From Candidatus Aminicenantales bacterium (GTDB lineage: Bacteria > Acidobacteriota > Aminicenantia > Aminicenantales > Saccharicenantaceae), in NCBI GenBank assembly GCA_049512315.1, contig JBEKXF010000011.1, positions 30,180 through 94,179 on the forward strand: a DNA stretch of 64,000 nucleotides, in the 5' to 3' direction. Positions 55,784 through 64,000 of the stretch are shown piece by piece. Position 1 is the stretch's first letter. Every line of letters begins with the position of its first letter. The position numbers and the translations under genes are program-made. The notes beneath the pieces were generated by a model, which ran no database searches, was not told where the DNA came from, and was given only the letters and a program-made list of their open reading frames with translations.

Positions 55784-57470
55784 GACCCCCAAGCCCAAGA
55801 CGAACTTCGTCCGGGAGATCATCGACGAACATTTGCGCAACGGCCGGTTCACGAACGTCCACACCCGCTTCCCCCCCGAGCCGAACGGCTACCTCCATGT
55901 CGGCCACGCCAAGTCCATCTGCCTGAACTTCGGCCTGGCCAGGGATTACCACGGGCTCTGCAACCTCCGGATGGACGACACCAACCCCGAGACCGAGGAT
56001 ATCGAATACGTCAATTCGATCAAGGAGGACATCCGCTGGCTCGGCTTTGACTGGGAGGACAGGGAGTTCTACGCGTCCGATTACTACGAGCAGCTTTACC
56101 AGTGGGCGGTCGTGCTCGTCAAAAAAGGCGTGGCCTACGTCTGCGATCTGAGCGTGGACGAGGTCCGCGAATACCGCGGTACGGTCAACAAGCCCGGCAA
56201 GGCAAGCCCGACCCGCAACCGCTCGGTCGAGGAAAACCTCGACCTTTTCGCCCGGATGAGAGCGGGGGAGTTCTCCGACGGATCGAAGACGCTGCGGGCG
56301 AAGATCGACATGGTCCACCCGAACATGCTCATGCGGGACCCGCTCATGTACCGGATCCGCCGCGAGCACCATTACCGGACGGGCGACGCCTGGTGCATCT
56401 ACCCGACCTACGACTGGGCCCACGGCCAGAGCGATTCGATCGAGGGCGTGACCCACTCGATCTGCACCCTCGAGTTCGAGGTGCACCGGCCGCTTTATGA
56501 CTGGTATCTCGACCAGCTGGGCGTCCATCATCCTCAGCAGATCGAGTTCGCCCGGCTCAACCTGAGCCATACGGTCCTCAGCAAGCGGCGGCTCCTCGAA
56601 CTCGTCGAGGCCGGCCTCGTCAGCGGCTGGGACGACCCCCGGATGCCGACCATCTCGGGCTTCCGGCGGCGTGGCTACACGCCCGAAAGTATCCGCAACT
56701 TCGCCGATATCATCGGCGTCGCCAAGGACAACAGCATCGTCGACATGCCCTTGCTGGAGATGTGCGTCAGAGAACACCTCAACAGGACCGCGCCGCGGAT
56801 GATGGCGGTCCTGAGGCCGCTCAAGGTCGTCATCACGAATTTCCCCGAAGGGAAGACCGAGGAGTTCGATGCCGTCAACAACCCCGAGAACCCTGCGGCC
56901 GGGACGCGGAAGGTCCCGTTCGGCCGCGAGCTCTGGATCGAGCGCGAAGACTTCATGGAAGACCCGCCGGCGAAGTTCTACCGGCTGGCTCTGGGGCGGG
57001 AGGTCAGACTGCGCTACGCTTACTTCATCAAGTGCGAGGGCGTCGTCAAGGACGTGGACGGGAACGTCGTCGAGTTGCGCTGCACGTACGATCCCGCGAC
57101 CAGGGGAGGGGATTCGCCGGACGGCCGGAAGGTCAAGGCCACCCTGCACTGGGTTTCCGCGGCTCACGCCATGGACGCCGAGGTCCGACTTTACGAAACG
57201 CTGTTCACGGTGAGGGACCCGGCGAGTGTCCCGGAAGGCACGGACTGGAAGACGACCCTCAATCCGAACTCGCTCGAGGTCCTGAAGGCGGCCAAACTCG
57301 AGCCCGGCCTGAAGGATGCTGCGCCCGAGAGCCGCTGGCAATTCGAGCGGATGGGCTATTTCGTCGCCGACAAGCGCGACTCCAGGCCCGGACGGCCCAT
57401 TTTCAACCGGACGGTGACTCTGCGCGACGAGTGGGCCAGGATCGTCAGCGCCGGCCGGGAGAATAAATAG
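55776..57470 (+). CDS. glnS: glutamine--tRNA ligase
   Basis: HIGH ([14 protein letters not shown]), VLSKR; class I GlnRS with C-terminal beta-barrel anticodon-binding domains (564 aa); ATG overlaps gltX 3' end by 8 nt. Confidence 0.9.
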   Translation: MDETPKPKTNFVREIIDEHLRNGRFTNVHTRFPPEPNGYLHVGHAKSICLNFGLARDYHGLCNLRMDDTNPETEDIEYVNSIKEDIRWLGFDWEDREFYASDYYEQLYQWAVVLVKKGVAYVCDLSVDEVREYRGTVNKPGKASPTRNRSVEENLDLFARMRAGEFSDGSKTLRAKIDMVHPNMLMRDPLMYRIRREHHYRTGDAWCIYPTYDWAHGQSDSIEGVTHSICTLEFEVHRPLYDWYLDQLGVHHPQQIEFARLNLSHTVLSKRRLLELVEAGLVSGWDDPRMPTISGFRRRGYTPESIRNFADIIGVAKDNSIVDMPLLEMCVREHLNRTAPRMMAVLRPLKVVITNFPEGKTEEFDAVNNPENPAAGTRKVPFGRELWIEREDFMEDPPAKFYRLALGREVRLRYAYFIKCEGVVKDVDGNVVELRCTYDPATRGGDSPDGRKVKATLHWVSAAHAMDAEVRLYETLFTVRDPASVPEGTDWKTTLNPNSLEVLKAAKLEPGLKDAAPESRWQFERMGYFVADKRDSRPGRPIFNRTVTLRDEWARIVSAGRENK

Positions 57471-57499
57471 GGCCCGGTTTTTTTCATCCTGGCGGACCC

Positions 57500-59518
57500 T
57501 TACTTTTTCAAATATTTCTCGAACCAGCCGACGACCCTGTTGAGGACGTCGAGCCGGTGCTTCTCTTCGCGGGGGCCGTGCCCTTCCCGGGGGTAAACCA
57601 CAAGCTCTGTGTCCACGCCATATCGCCTGAGGCCGCGATGAAACTGGTAGCACTGTTCAACCGGGTCGGTCGTATCGTTCTCCCCGCAGAGAAGGAGCGT
57701 CGGGGTTCTGACCTTTTTGACAAATGTCACCGGCGACCGCGCCGTGAAGAGGGGCAGGCGCTCGTAAGGATTGCCCAGGGCCCACGTGTCCCCGATGTTG
57801 ATGCCCGGCGCCTCGGAGCCGTACTCAAAGGCCAGGTCGGTCATGGGCGCGCCCGAAACCGAGGCTTTGAAAAGTGTCGTCTGCGTCACCGCCCAGGCCG
57901 CCATGTAACCGCCGTAGGACCAGCCGCCGATGCCGATGCGGTTGGGGTCGGCGATCCCCTTCTTGATCAGCCAGTCCGCGCCGGCCATGACGTCCTTGAA
58001 ATCGCCGCCGCCCCAGTCGAAGCGGTTGATGACCATGAAATCATAGCCGTAGCCCGTCGAGCCGCGGACGTTCGGGGAGAGAACGACAAAGCCTCGCGCG
58101 GCCAGGAGCTGTCCCCAGGCGTCGAAACGGTCCGTCCAGGCGCCCGTCGGGCCGCCATGGACAAGGATGACGGCGGGCGGCTTAGCCGCGGACGGGGTAC
58201 CTTCAGGCCTGATGAGGGCGGCCTCGATTTTCTTCTTGTCAAAACTCGGGTACCGGACGATTTCTGGTTTGAGCAGTTTGACGTCGTCCCATTCCTTGTT
58301 GAAATGGCTCACCTTCTCGGCGTGTCTGGCAGAAGAGGCAGCCCAGAGCTCGGGGGCCTGAGTCGCGGATTCGCCGACAAAAGCCAGTCCGGTTTTCCCC
58401 TTGGCGCATGAGCCGACCAGGAGAGGCGTCGTCCAATCGGATCTTTCGGCCTTCCCGTCGATCGTCACCGTGAAGAACGCGTTGCCGAATCCCGTGGACG
58501 CGGCCGCAAAGAACCTTTCCGCATCCTCCCAAACATAAGACCCGATGGGCCGGTCGATCGAATGGGAGGTGAGGTTTCGGGCCTCGCCGCCGACGAGCGG
58601 CTGGACGATAATATCGTGAGAATCGGGTCCGTCGCCCCGCGATCCGACATAAGCCAGCATCTTTCCGTCTGGCGAAACCTTGAGGTTCCGGAAGGGGCCG
58701 GCCGGAGTTGCGAAGAGCGTCATCTGGCCGTCGGCCGCACTCGCCCGATAGATCTTTTCTGAAAAAAGCTCCTCCTGCGGATTGTTGGTAGCGGCCACGA
58801 TGAGGGATTCCCCATCAGGGGTCCAGACGTATTCCGATATCCGCCACGCTCCCTGGATGAGCGTTTTAATGGTTTTGGACTCGACGTCAATAACCTGGAG
58901 GAGCATGCGGGCCTCGGGCTGGCCGATGATCCGGGCGTCATCCTTGTCCTTTTCCTTTTTCTCTTCCTCATCGGTCTTCGGTGCCGTTGTCTCGAAGGCG
59001 AGCCGTTTCCCGTCCGGGGCCCAGTCGAACGAGGAAATTCCGGTCTTGCTCTCGGTGAGCGCCCGGGCTTCGCCGCCGTCGACCGGAATCACATAAATTT
59101 GGTTCTCGCCGTCCCGGTTCGAAAGGAAGGCGAGGGTCCGGCCGTCAGGCGACCAACGGGGACGGGTATCGGACTTTGTGGCGGCCGTGAACTGCTTAAG
59201 ACTTCGCGCGGCCAAGTCGTAGATCCAGATGTTACGGCGCTGGCTGGACGGCTTGGCAGGCTCGGAGACGACCATCGCCAGCCGGTTCCCGCCCGGCGAG
59301 AGCTGGAGGTCTGAGATCGACCAGCGGTTGAGGGTCATCTCCGGCGTGAGAGTCTTCGCCGGAAAGCCGGCGAGGACTTCGGCCCGGTCCTGGGCCATGA
59401 GCGCGCCGCGGTCCGCTCCGACGGCCGGAAGAAATGTGAAGGCCGCGATAGAAGCCGCGGTCAGCAGGACCGCCCCCCCGCGGAGACGGGAAGAGTGTTC
59501 GAATCGATGGGCCTTCAT
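57500..59518 (-). CDS. S9 family serine peptidase (acylaminoacyl-peptidase/dipeptidyl-peptidase-like) with N-terminal beta-propeller, secreted
   Basis: Signal peptide; TolB/WD40-like repeats (WSPDGRTLAF, WAPDGKRLAF); catalytic GGWSYGGYMAAW Ser motif and C-terminal Asp/His; start at ATG 59518 with AAGGAGGTG RBS. Confidence 0.85.
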   Translation of the reverse strand: MKAHRFEHSSRLRGGAVLLTAASIAAFTFLPAVGADRGALMAQDRAEVLAGFPAKTLTPEMTLNRWSISDLQLSPGGNRLAMVVSEPAKPSSQRRNIWIYDLAARSLKQFTAATKSDTRPRWSPDGRTLAFLSNRDGENQIYVIPVDGGEARALTESKTGISSFDWAPDGKRLAFETTAPKTDEEEKKEKDKDDARIIGQPEARMLLQVIDVESKTIKTLIQGAWRISEYVWTPDGESLIVAATNNPQEELFSEKIYRASAADGQMTLFATPAGPFRNLKVSPDGKMLAYVGSRGDGPDSHDIIVQPLVGGEARNLTSHSIDRPIGSYVWEDAERFFAAASTGFGNAFFTVTIDGKAERSDWTTPLLVGSCAKGKTGLAFVGESATQAPELWAASSARHAEKVSHFNKEWDDVKLLKPEIVRYPSFDKKKIEAALIRPEGTPSAAKPPAVILVHGGPTGAWTDRFDAWGQLLAARGFVVLSPNVRGSTGYGYDFMVINRFDWGGGDFKDVMAGADWLIKKGIADPNRIGIGGWSYGGYMAAWAVTQTTLFKASVSGAPMTDLAFEYGSEAPGINIGDTWALGNPYERLPLFTARSPVTFVKKVRTPTLLLCGENDTTDPVEQCYQFHRGLRRYGVDTELVVYPREGHGPREEKHRLDVLNRVVGWFEKYLKK

Positions 59519-59699
59519 GTCCACCTCCTTACGGCGCTTGGCCGCTCCTAGATATCCCACGATTCCCTCCCGATTTCAAGTTGCCGCTGCCACGGAGAGG
59601 CCGCGGGCCTGGAACTCCTCAACCCCGGATGCTACAATACAGGTCGTCGAGCGGAAGGCCTGAAATCTGATCGCAGAAAAAGAGCTGAGGAATACGAGC

Positions 59700-61703
59700 A
59701 TGAGTGAAGAGTCCGAGACACGGCCCATCATCAAGGCCGGGCCGGCAGGTGCCAGGAATATCATCCACGGGCCCACTCTATTTAACGAGGACGACATCTA
59801 CCTTTTTAAAGAAGGCAGCCATTTCCGGCTCTACGAGAAAATGGGGGCCCATCCCATGACCGCCGAGGGCCTGGCCGGCACCTGCTTCTCCGTCTGGGCC
59901 CCGAACGCCTCGCGTGTTTCCGTCATCGGGGACTTCAATGGCTGGGATCCGGAGCGGCATCCTCTGGCGGCCCGATGGGATAGCTCCGGCATCTGGGAAG
60001 GGTTCATCCCCGGCCTGGGAAAGGGCGCCGCCTATAAATACGATATCCGTTCGGCGGCGACCGGATTCCGGGCCGAAAAGGGAGATCCCTACGCCTTTTC
60101 CTGGGAAATCCCGCCCCGGTCCGCGTCCGTCGTCTGGGACCTGGACTACCACTGGGCCGACGAGGAATGGCTCGCCGGGCGGGGGAAGCGCAACGGCCTC
60201 AGCGCCCCCCTCTCCATCTACGAGGTCCACCTCGGCTCGTGGCGACGGGTCCCCGAGGAGAATAACCGCTCCCTCACGTACAGGGAGATTGCCCCGCTCC
60301 TGGCCGCCTACGTCAAGGAGATGGGGTTCACCCATGTCGAGATCCTGCCGGTCATGGAACATCCGTTTTACGGGTCGTGGGGTTACCAGACGATCGGCTA
60401 CTTCGCCCCGACAAGCCGCTACGGGTCCCCCCAGGACTTCATGTTCCTCGTCGACCACCTCCATCAGAACGGCATCGGGGTCTTGCTCGACTGGGTGCCG
60501 TCGCACTTCGCGGTCGACGGCCACGGCCTAGGCAATTTCGACGGCACCCAGCTTTACGAGCACACGGACCGCCGTAAGGGATTCCATCCCGACTGGAAAA
60601 GCGCCATCTTCAACTACGGGAGGCACGAAGTCCGGGAGTTCCTTATCAGCAGCGCCTTCTTCTGGCTCGACCGCTTCCACGCCGACGGCCTCCGGATCGA
60701 CGCGGTGGCCTCCATGCTCTACCTTGACTATTCGCGGAAAGCGGGGGAGTGGGTCCCGAATCCGTTCGGGGGCCGGGAAAACCTCGACGCCCTGGGCTTC
60801 ATCAAGCGCCTCAACGAAGCGGTCTACGGCGCCTTCCCCGACGTCCAGACGATCGCCGAGGAATCCACGGCCTGGCCCATGGTCACCCGCCCCGTTTACG
60901 TGGGGGGGCTGGGCTTCGGCCTGAAGTGGAAGATGGGTTGGATGCACGACACTCTCGAATACTTCCAGAGAGACCCGATCTTCCGCAAGTTCCGGCACGA
61001 TGACCTGACCTTCAGCCTGTGGTACGCCTACACCGAAAACTTCGTCCTGCCGCTGTCGCACGACGAGGTCGTCCACGGCAAGGGGTCGCTCGTCGGCAAG
61101 ATGCCCGGGTCCGAGATGGAGAAGTACGCCAACCTCAGGGCGCTTTTCGGTGTCATGTACACCCAGCCGGGGAAAAAACTCCTGTTCATGGGCGGCGAGT
61201 TCGCCCAATGGAAAGAATGGGTTCACGAGGAAAGCCTGGAATGGCACGCCCTCGAATACCAACCGCACGCGGGCGTGCAGCGCTGGGTCAAGGACCTCAA
61301 CGAGCTCTACCGGAGCGAGCCGGCCCTGCACGAGCTCGATTTCGACCCCGCCGGGTTCGAGTGGGTGGATTTCAACGATGTCGACCGGAGTATCGTCAGC
61401 TACCTGAGGAAGGGCGTCTCGACCCGGGACATCATCCTCATCGTCGGCAATTTCACCCCGGTTCCCCACTGGGACTACCGGGTCGGCGTTCCCGAGGGCG
61501 GGCTGTGGAAAGAGGTCCTGAACAGCGACGGCCGGGAATACGGCGGCGGCGGGTTGGGCAACGCCGGGTCCGCCGAGGCCCAGCCGCATCCGATCCACGG
61601 CCGGACCTATTCTCTCAGCCTGACGCTGCCGCCGTTGGCCGTCCTGATCTTCAAGAAAGAGACGAGCCGGGAACGGACCGTCCCGACGGGAGGCGCAGCA
61701 TGA
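59700..61703 (+). CDS. glgB: 1,4-alpha-glucan branching enzyme
   Basis: GH13 catalytic motifs ([17 protein letters not shown]; GGEFAQW; [14 protein letters not shown]) and N-terminal CBM48. Confidence 0.9.
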   Translation: MSEESETRPIIKAGPAGARNIIHGPTLFNEDDIYLFKEGSHFRLYEKMGAHPMTAEGLAGTCFSVWAPNASRVSVIGDFNGWDPERHPLAARWDSSGIWEGFIPGLGKGAAYKYDIRSAATGFRAEKGDPYAFSWEIPPRSASVVWDLDYHWADEEWLAGRGKRNGLSAPLSIYEVHLGSWRRVPEENNRSLTYREIAPLLAAYVKEMGFTHVEILPVMEHPFYGSWGYQTIGYFAPTSRYGSPQDFMFLVDHLHQNGIGVLLDWVPSHFAVDGHGLGNFDGTQLYEHTDRRKGFHPDWKSAIFNYGRHEVREFLISSAFFWLDRFHADGLRIDAVASMLYLDYSRKAGEWVPNPFGGRENLDALGFIKRLNEAVYGAFPDVQTIAEESTAWPMVTRPVYVGGLGFGLKWKMGWMHDTLEYFQRDPIFRKFRHDDLTFSLWYAYTENFVLPLSHDEVVHGKGSLVGKMPGSEMEKYANLRALFGVMYTQPGKKLLFMGGEFAQWKEWVHEESLEWHALEYQPHAGVQRWVKDLNELYRSEPALHELDFDPAGFEWVDFNDVDRSIVSYLRKGVSTRDIILIVGNFTPVPHWDYRVGVPEGGLWKEVLNSDGREYGGGGLGNAGSAEAQPHPIHGRTYSLSLTLPPLAVLIFKKETSRERTVPTGGAA

Positions 61704-64000
61704 ACCGCCTGATCTGCATCCACGGCCACTTTTACCAGCCCCCCCGCGAAAACGCCTGGCTCGAGGAAGTCGAAGTCCAGGACTCGGCCCACCCGTATCA
61801 CGACTGGAACGAACGGGTGACCGCCGAGAGCTACGAGCCCAACTCCGCGTCGCGGATCCTGGACGCCGAAGACCGGATCATTGACATCGTCAACAACTAC
61901 GCCTCGATCAGCTTCGACGCCGGGCCCACGCTCCTCGCCTGGATGGAGAAATCGAGCCCCGCCGTTTATCGGGCCATCCTCGACGCCGACCGGCAGAGCC
62001 GGGCCAGGTTCCGCGGGCACGGCGGCGCGATGGCCCAGGCTTACAACCATCTCATCATGCCCCTGGCCGGAAGCCGCGACAAGCGGACCCAGGTCATCTG
62101 GGGGATCCGGGATTTCGAATTCCGGTTCGGCCGGAAGCCCGAGGGGATGTGGCTGCCGGAGACCGCGGTGGACCTCGAATCGCTGGACATCATGGCCGAG
62201 CACGGCATCCTGTTCACGGTGCTTTCCCCTTACCAGGGGTGCCAAGTCAGGGAGATCAAAGGCGGCGAATGGAAGGACGTGAGCCGGGGCCGGATCGACC
62301 CTCGAATGCCCTATCTTTGCCGGCTCCCTTCGGGCCGGGACATCGCCCTCTTTTTCTATGACGGCCCGATCTCCCACGATGTCGCCTTCGGCGACCTCCT
62401 CCGGAACGGCGAGCTTTTCGCCAAGAGGCTGGTGAAGGCCTTTTCCAACGACCCGGCCCGGCCCGAGCTCGTCCACATTGCCACCGACGGGGAAACCTAT
62501 GGACACCACCACCGCTTTGGAGACATGGCGCTGGCGTACTGCCTGAACTACCTCCAAGCGAACAAGCTCGCCGAAATTACCGTGTACGGCGATTACCTCG
62601 AGCGGTTTCCGCCCACCCGGGAGGTCACGATCGTTGAGAGCAGCGCCTGGAGCTGCGCCCACGGCGTCGAGCGCTGGCGGAGCGACTGCGGCGACAGCAC
62701 AGGGGCGAATCCAGGCTGGAACCAGGAATGGCGCGCTCCGCTGCGGGACGCCATGGACTGGCTCGGATCCAAGGCGACAGCCGTCTACGAAAAGGAGATG
62801 GCTCTTTTTTCCAGCGACCCCTGGGGGCTCAGGGATGATTACGTCCAGGTGGTTCTAGACCGCTCGCCGGAGACGGTCGATGCCTTCATCGCCGGGAACG
62901 CCCGGCGGCCTCTCGCCCCGCCGGAAAAGACCACTTTTCTCAAGCTCCTTGAACTCGAGCGGCACGCCATGCTCATCTTTACGAGCGACGGCTGGTTTTT
63001 CGACGACATCTCGAATGTCGAGACCGTCCAGATCATCCAATACGCCAGCAGGGCCATGCAGCTTGTCCGGGACGTCACGGGCATGGACCTCGAACCTGAA
63101 TACGTCCGGATGCTGAAGAAGGCAGCGAGCAACGTGCCCGAATACGACGACGGCGCCAAGATCTACGACCAATTCGTCCGGCCGGCCTTCGTCGACTTTC
63201 TCCGCCTCGGCGCCCATTACGCCGTCTCCTCGCTGTTCGAGGAGTACCCCAAAGCGACGAAGATCGCCCAATATTCGGCGAGGGCCGACGTTTGCGAACA
63301 GGCCGAGGTCGGGAAACGGAAGCTGGCCCTCGGCATGGTGACGCTCAAATCGACGGTCACCCTGGAAGAGCGGACGGTCTGCTATGCCGTCCTCCATTTC
63401 GGCGACCAGAACTTGACCGCCGGCGTCAGGGACTTCGACGGGGAGAGTCGGTTTCAGCGCATGTGCCGGGGGATCCGGGAGGCCTTCGCCAAGGGCGACA
63501 TGACCACGGTCATCCGGCTGATCGACCAGGATTTCGGGACCCGCAGTTATTCCCTGTGGCACCTCTTCAAGGATGAGAAGAGGAAGGTCCTGAACCAGAT
63601 CCTCGACGACACGCTGCGCGGGCTCGAAGCGGTCTTCCGTCAGATCTTCCAGAGCAACTACGCAGTCATGCAGGCCATGAACGAGATGCAGATCCCCCTT
63701 CCCGAGGCGCTGGCCGCTCCCGCCGCCTTCGTCCTCAATGCCGACTTCCGCCGTCTCGTGGGACAGGACGAGATCGATGTCGAAGAGCTCCGGAAGGTTG
63801 TGGGCGAATACCGGACCTGGTCCTTTGAACCCGGCAAGACCGGCCTGGGTTTTGCCGTCAGCAGGAAGATCGGTCTCTTGATGTCGAGGCTGGCCGCGAA
63901 TCCTGATGACCCGAAGTTCCTTCGTTCCATCGTGGACATCTTCGAGGCCTTGAAACCGCTCCGGCTGGACCTCGACCTCTGGAAGAGCCAGAACATCTAT
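61700..64000 (+). CDS. glycoside hydrolase family 57 protein (large, >766 aa; 3' end beyond window)
   Basis: GH57 N-terminal signature [20 protein letters not shown]...; frame open to window end; ATG overlaps glgB stop (ATGA). Confidence 0.8.
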   Translation, partial: MNRLICIHGHFYQPPRENAWLEEVEVQDSAHPYHDWNERVTAESYEPNSASRILDAEDRIIDIVNNYASISFDAGPTLLAWMEKSSPAVYRAILDADRQSRARFRGHGGAMAQAYNHLIMPLAGSRDKRTQVIWGIRDFEFRFGRKPEGMWLPETAVDLESLDIMAEHGILFTVLSPYQGCQVREIKGGEWKDVSRGRIDPRMPYLCRLPSGRDIALFFYDGPISHDVAFGDLLRNGELFAKRLVKAFSNDPARPELVHIATDGETYGHHHRFGDMALAYCLNYLQANKLAEITVYGDYLERFPPTREVTIVESSAWSCAHGVERWRSDCGDSTGANPGWNQEWRAPLRDAMDWLGSKATAVYEKEMALFSSDPWGLRDDYVQVVLDRSPETVDAFIAGNARRPLAPPEKTTFLKLLELERHAMLIFTSDGWFFDDISNVETVQIIQYASRAMQLVRDVTGMDLEPEYVRMLKKAASNVPEYDDGAKIYDQFVRPAFVDFLRLGAHYAVSSLFEEYPKATKIAQYSARADVCEQAEVGKRKLALGMVTLKSTVTLEERTVCYAVLHFGDQNLTAGVRDFDGESRFQRMCRGIREAFAKGDMTTVIRLIDQDFGTRSYSLWHLFKDEKRKVLNQILDDTLRGLEAVFRQIFQSNYAVMQAMNEMQIPLPEALAAPAAFVLNADFRRLVGQDEIDVEELRKVVGEYRTWSFEPGKTGLGFAVSRKIGLLMSRLAANPDDPKFLRSIVDIFEALKPLRLDLDLWKSQNIY

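Noticed and set aside
1-64000. tRNA/rRNA genes, CRISPR arrays, transposases/integrases, prophage or defence-system genes
   Set aside because: All intergenic gaps longer than 100 bp were read through. No cloverleaf-type GTTCGA/acceptor pattern and no repeat-spacer array were seen. No protein shows transposase, integrase, nuclease-helicase or toxin-antitoxin hallmarks. The window appears to be core chromosome.

Overview
High-GC (~65%) chromosomal window from a diderm (Gram-negative-type) bacterium. Supporting signs: outer-membrane beta-barrel with C-terminal Phe, Tat and lipoprotein signals, type IV pilus genes. The lineage cannot be assigned from sequence alone; the content is compatible with an uncultured Acidobacteria-like organism. 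The window is densely coding and mostly housekeeping or metabolic. I can support about 50 CDS. They include orphan hypF, queH, a PorGDAB pyruvate:ferredoxin oxidoreductase operon, a di-heme cytochrome c peroxidase followed by a heme-motif outer-membrane barrel, thiC, rsmD, rpmE-prfA-prmC, a c-di-GMP pair (degenerate-receiver HD-GYP and GAF-GGDEF-PilZ), hutU, glgC, pfkA, a LemA-TPM-TPM triad, three secreted peptidases (prolyl oligopeptidase, S9, Tat-M24), a fimT-pilV-pilW-pilX-pilY1 minor-pilin operon, gltX-glnS, and glgB coupled to a GH57 gene that runs off the window. I found no rRNA, tRNA, CRISPR array, transposase or integrase. Several sigma70-like promoters with near-consensus -35/-10 hexamers and 17-18 nt spacers can be read directly in the intergenic regions. 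The best candidate for an undescribed system is at 27.3-30.5 kb. It is a low-GC gene for a 72-aa secreted four-cysteine peptide, followed by a perfect 10-bp GC hairpin and then a co-directional block of NHL beta-propeller, periplasmic thioredoxin-fold CxxC protein, ABC-2 permease and ABC ATPase, with the last four genes nearly abutting. Other points worth a second look: a MauG/CCP-like di-heme peroxidase tightly linked to a beta-barrel carrying a single CxxCH (10.5-12.9 kb); a C-terminal remnant of a polyprenyl-phosphate sugar transferase fused onto vanZ (15.6-16.1 kb); thiC driven by a consensus promoter with no recognisable TPP riboswitch; structured inverted repeats downstream of hutU and in the 380-bp pilin/peptidase intergenic region. 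Many long ORFs in the six-frame track are antisense shadow ORFs typical of high-GC DNA and were rejected. Several starts in the track were moved to internal start codons that have RBS or signal-peptide support.
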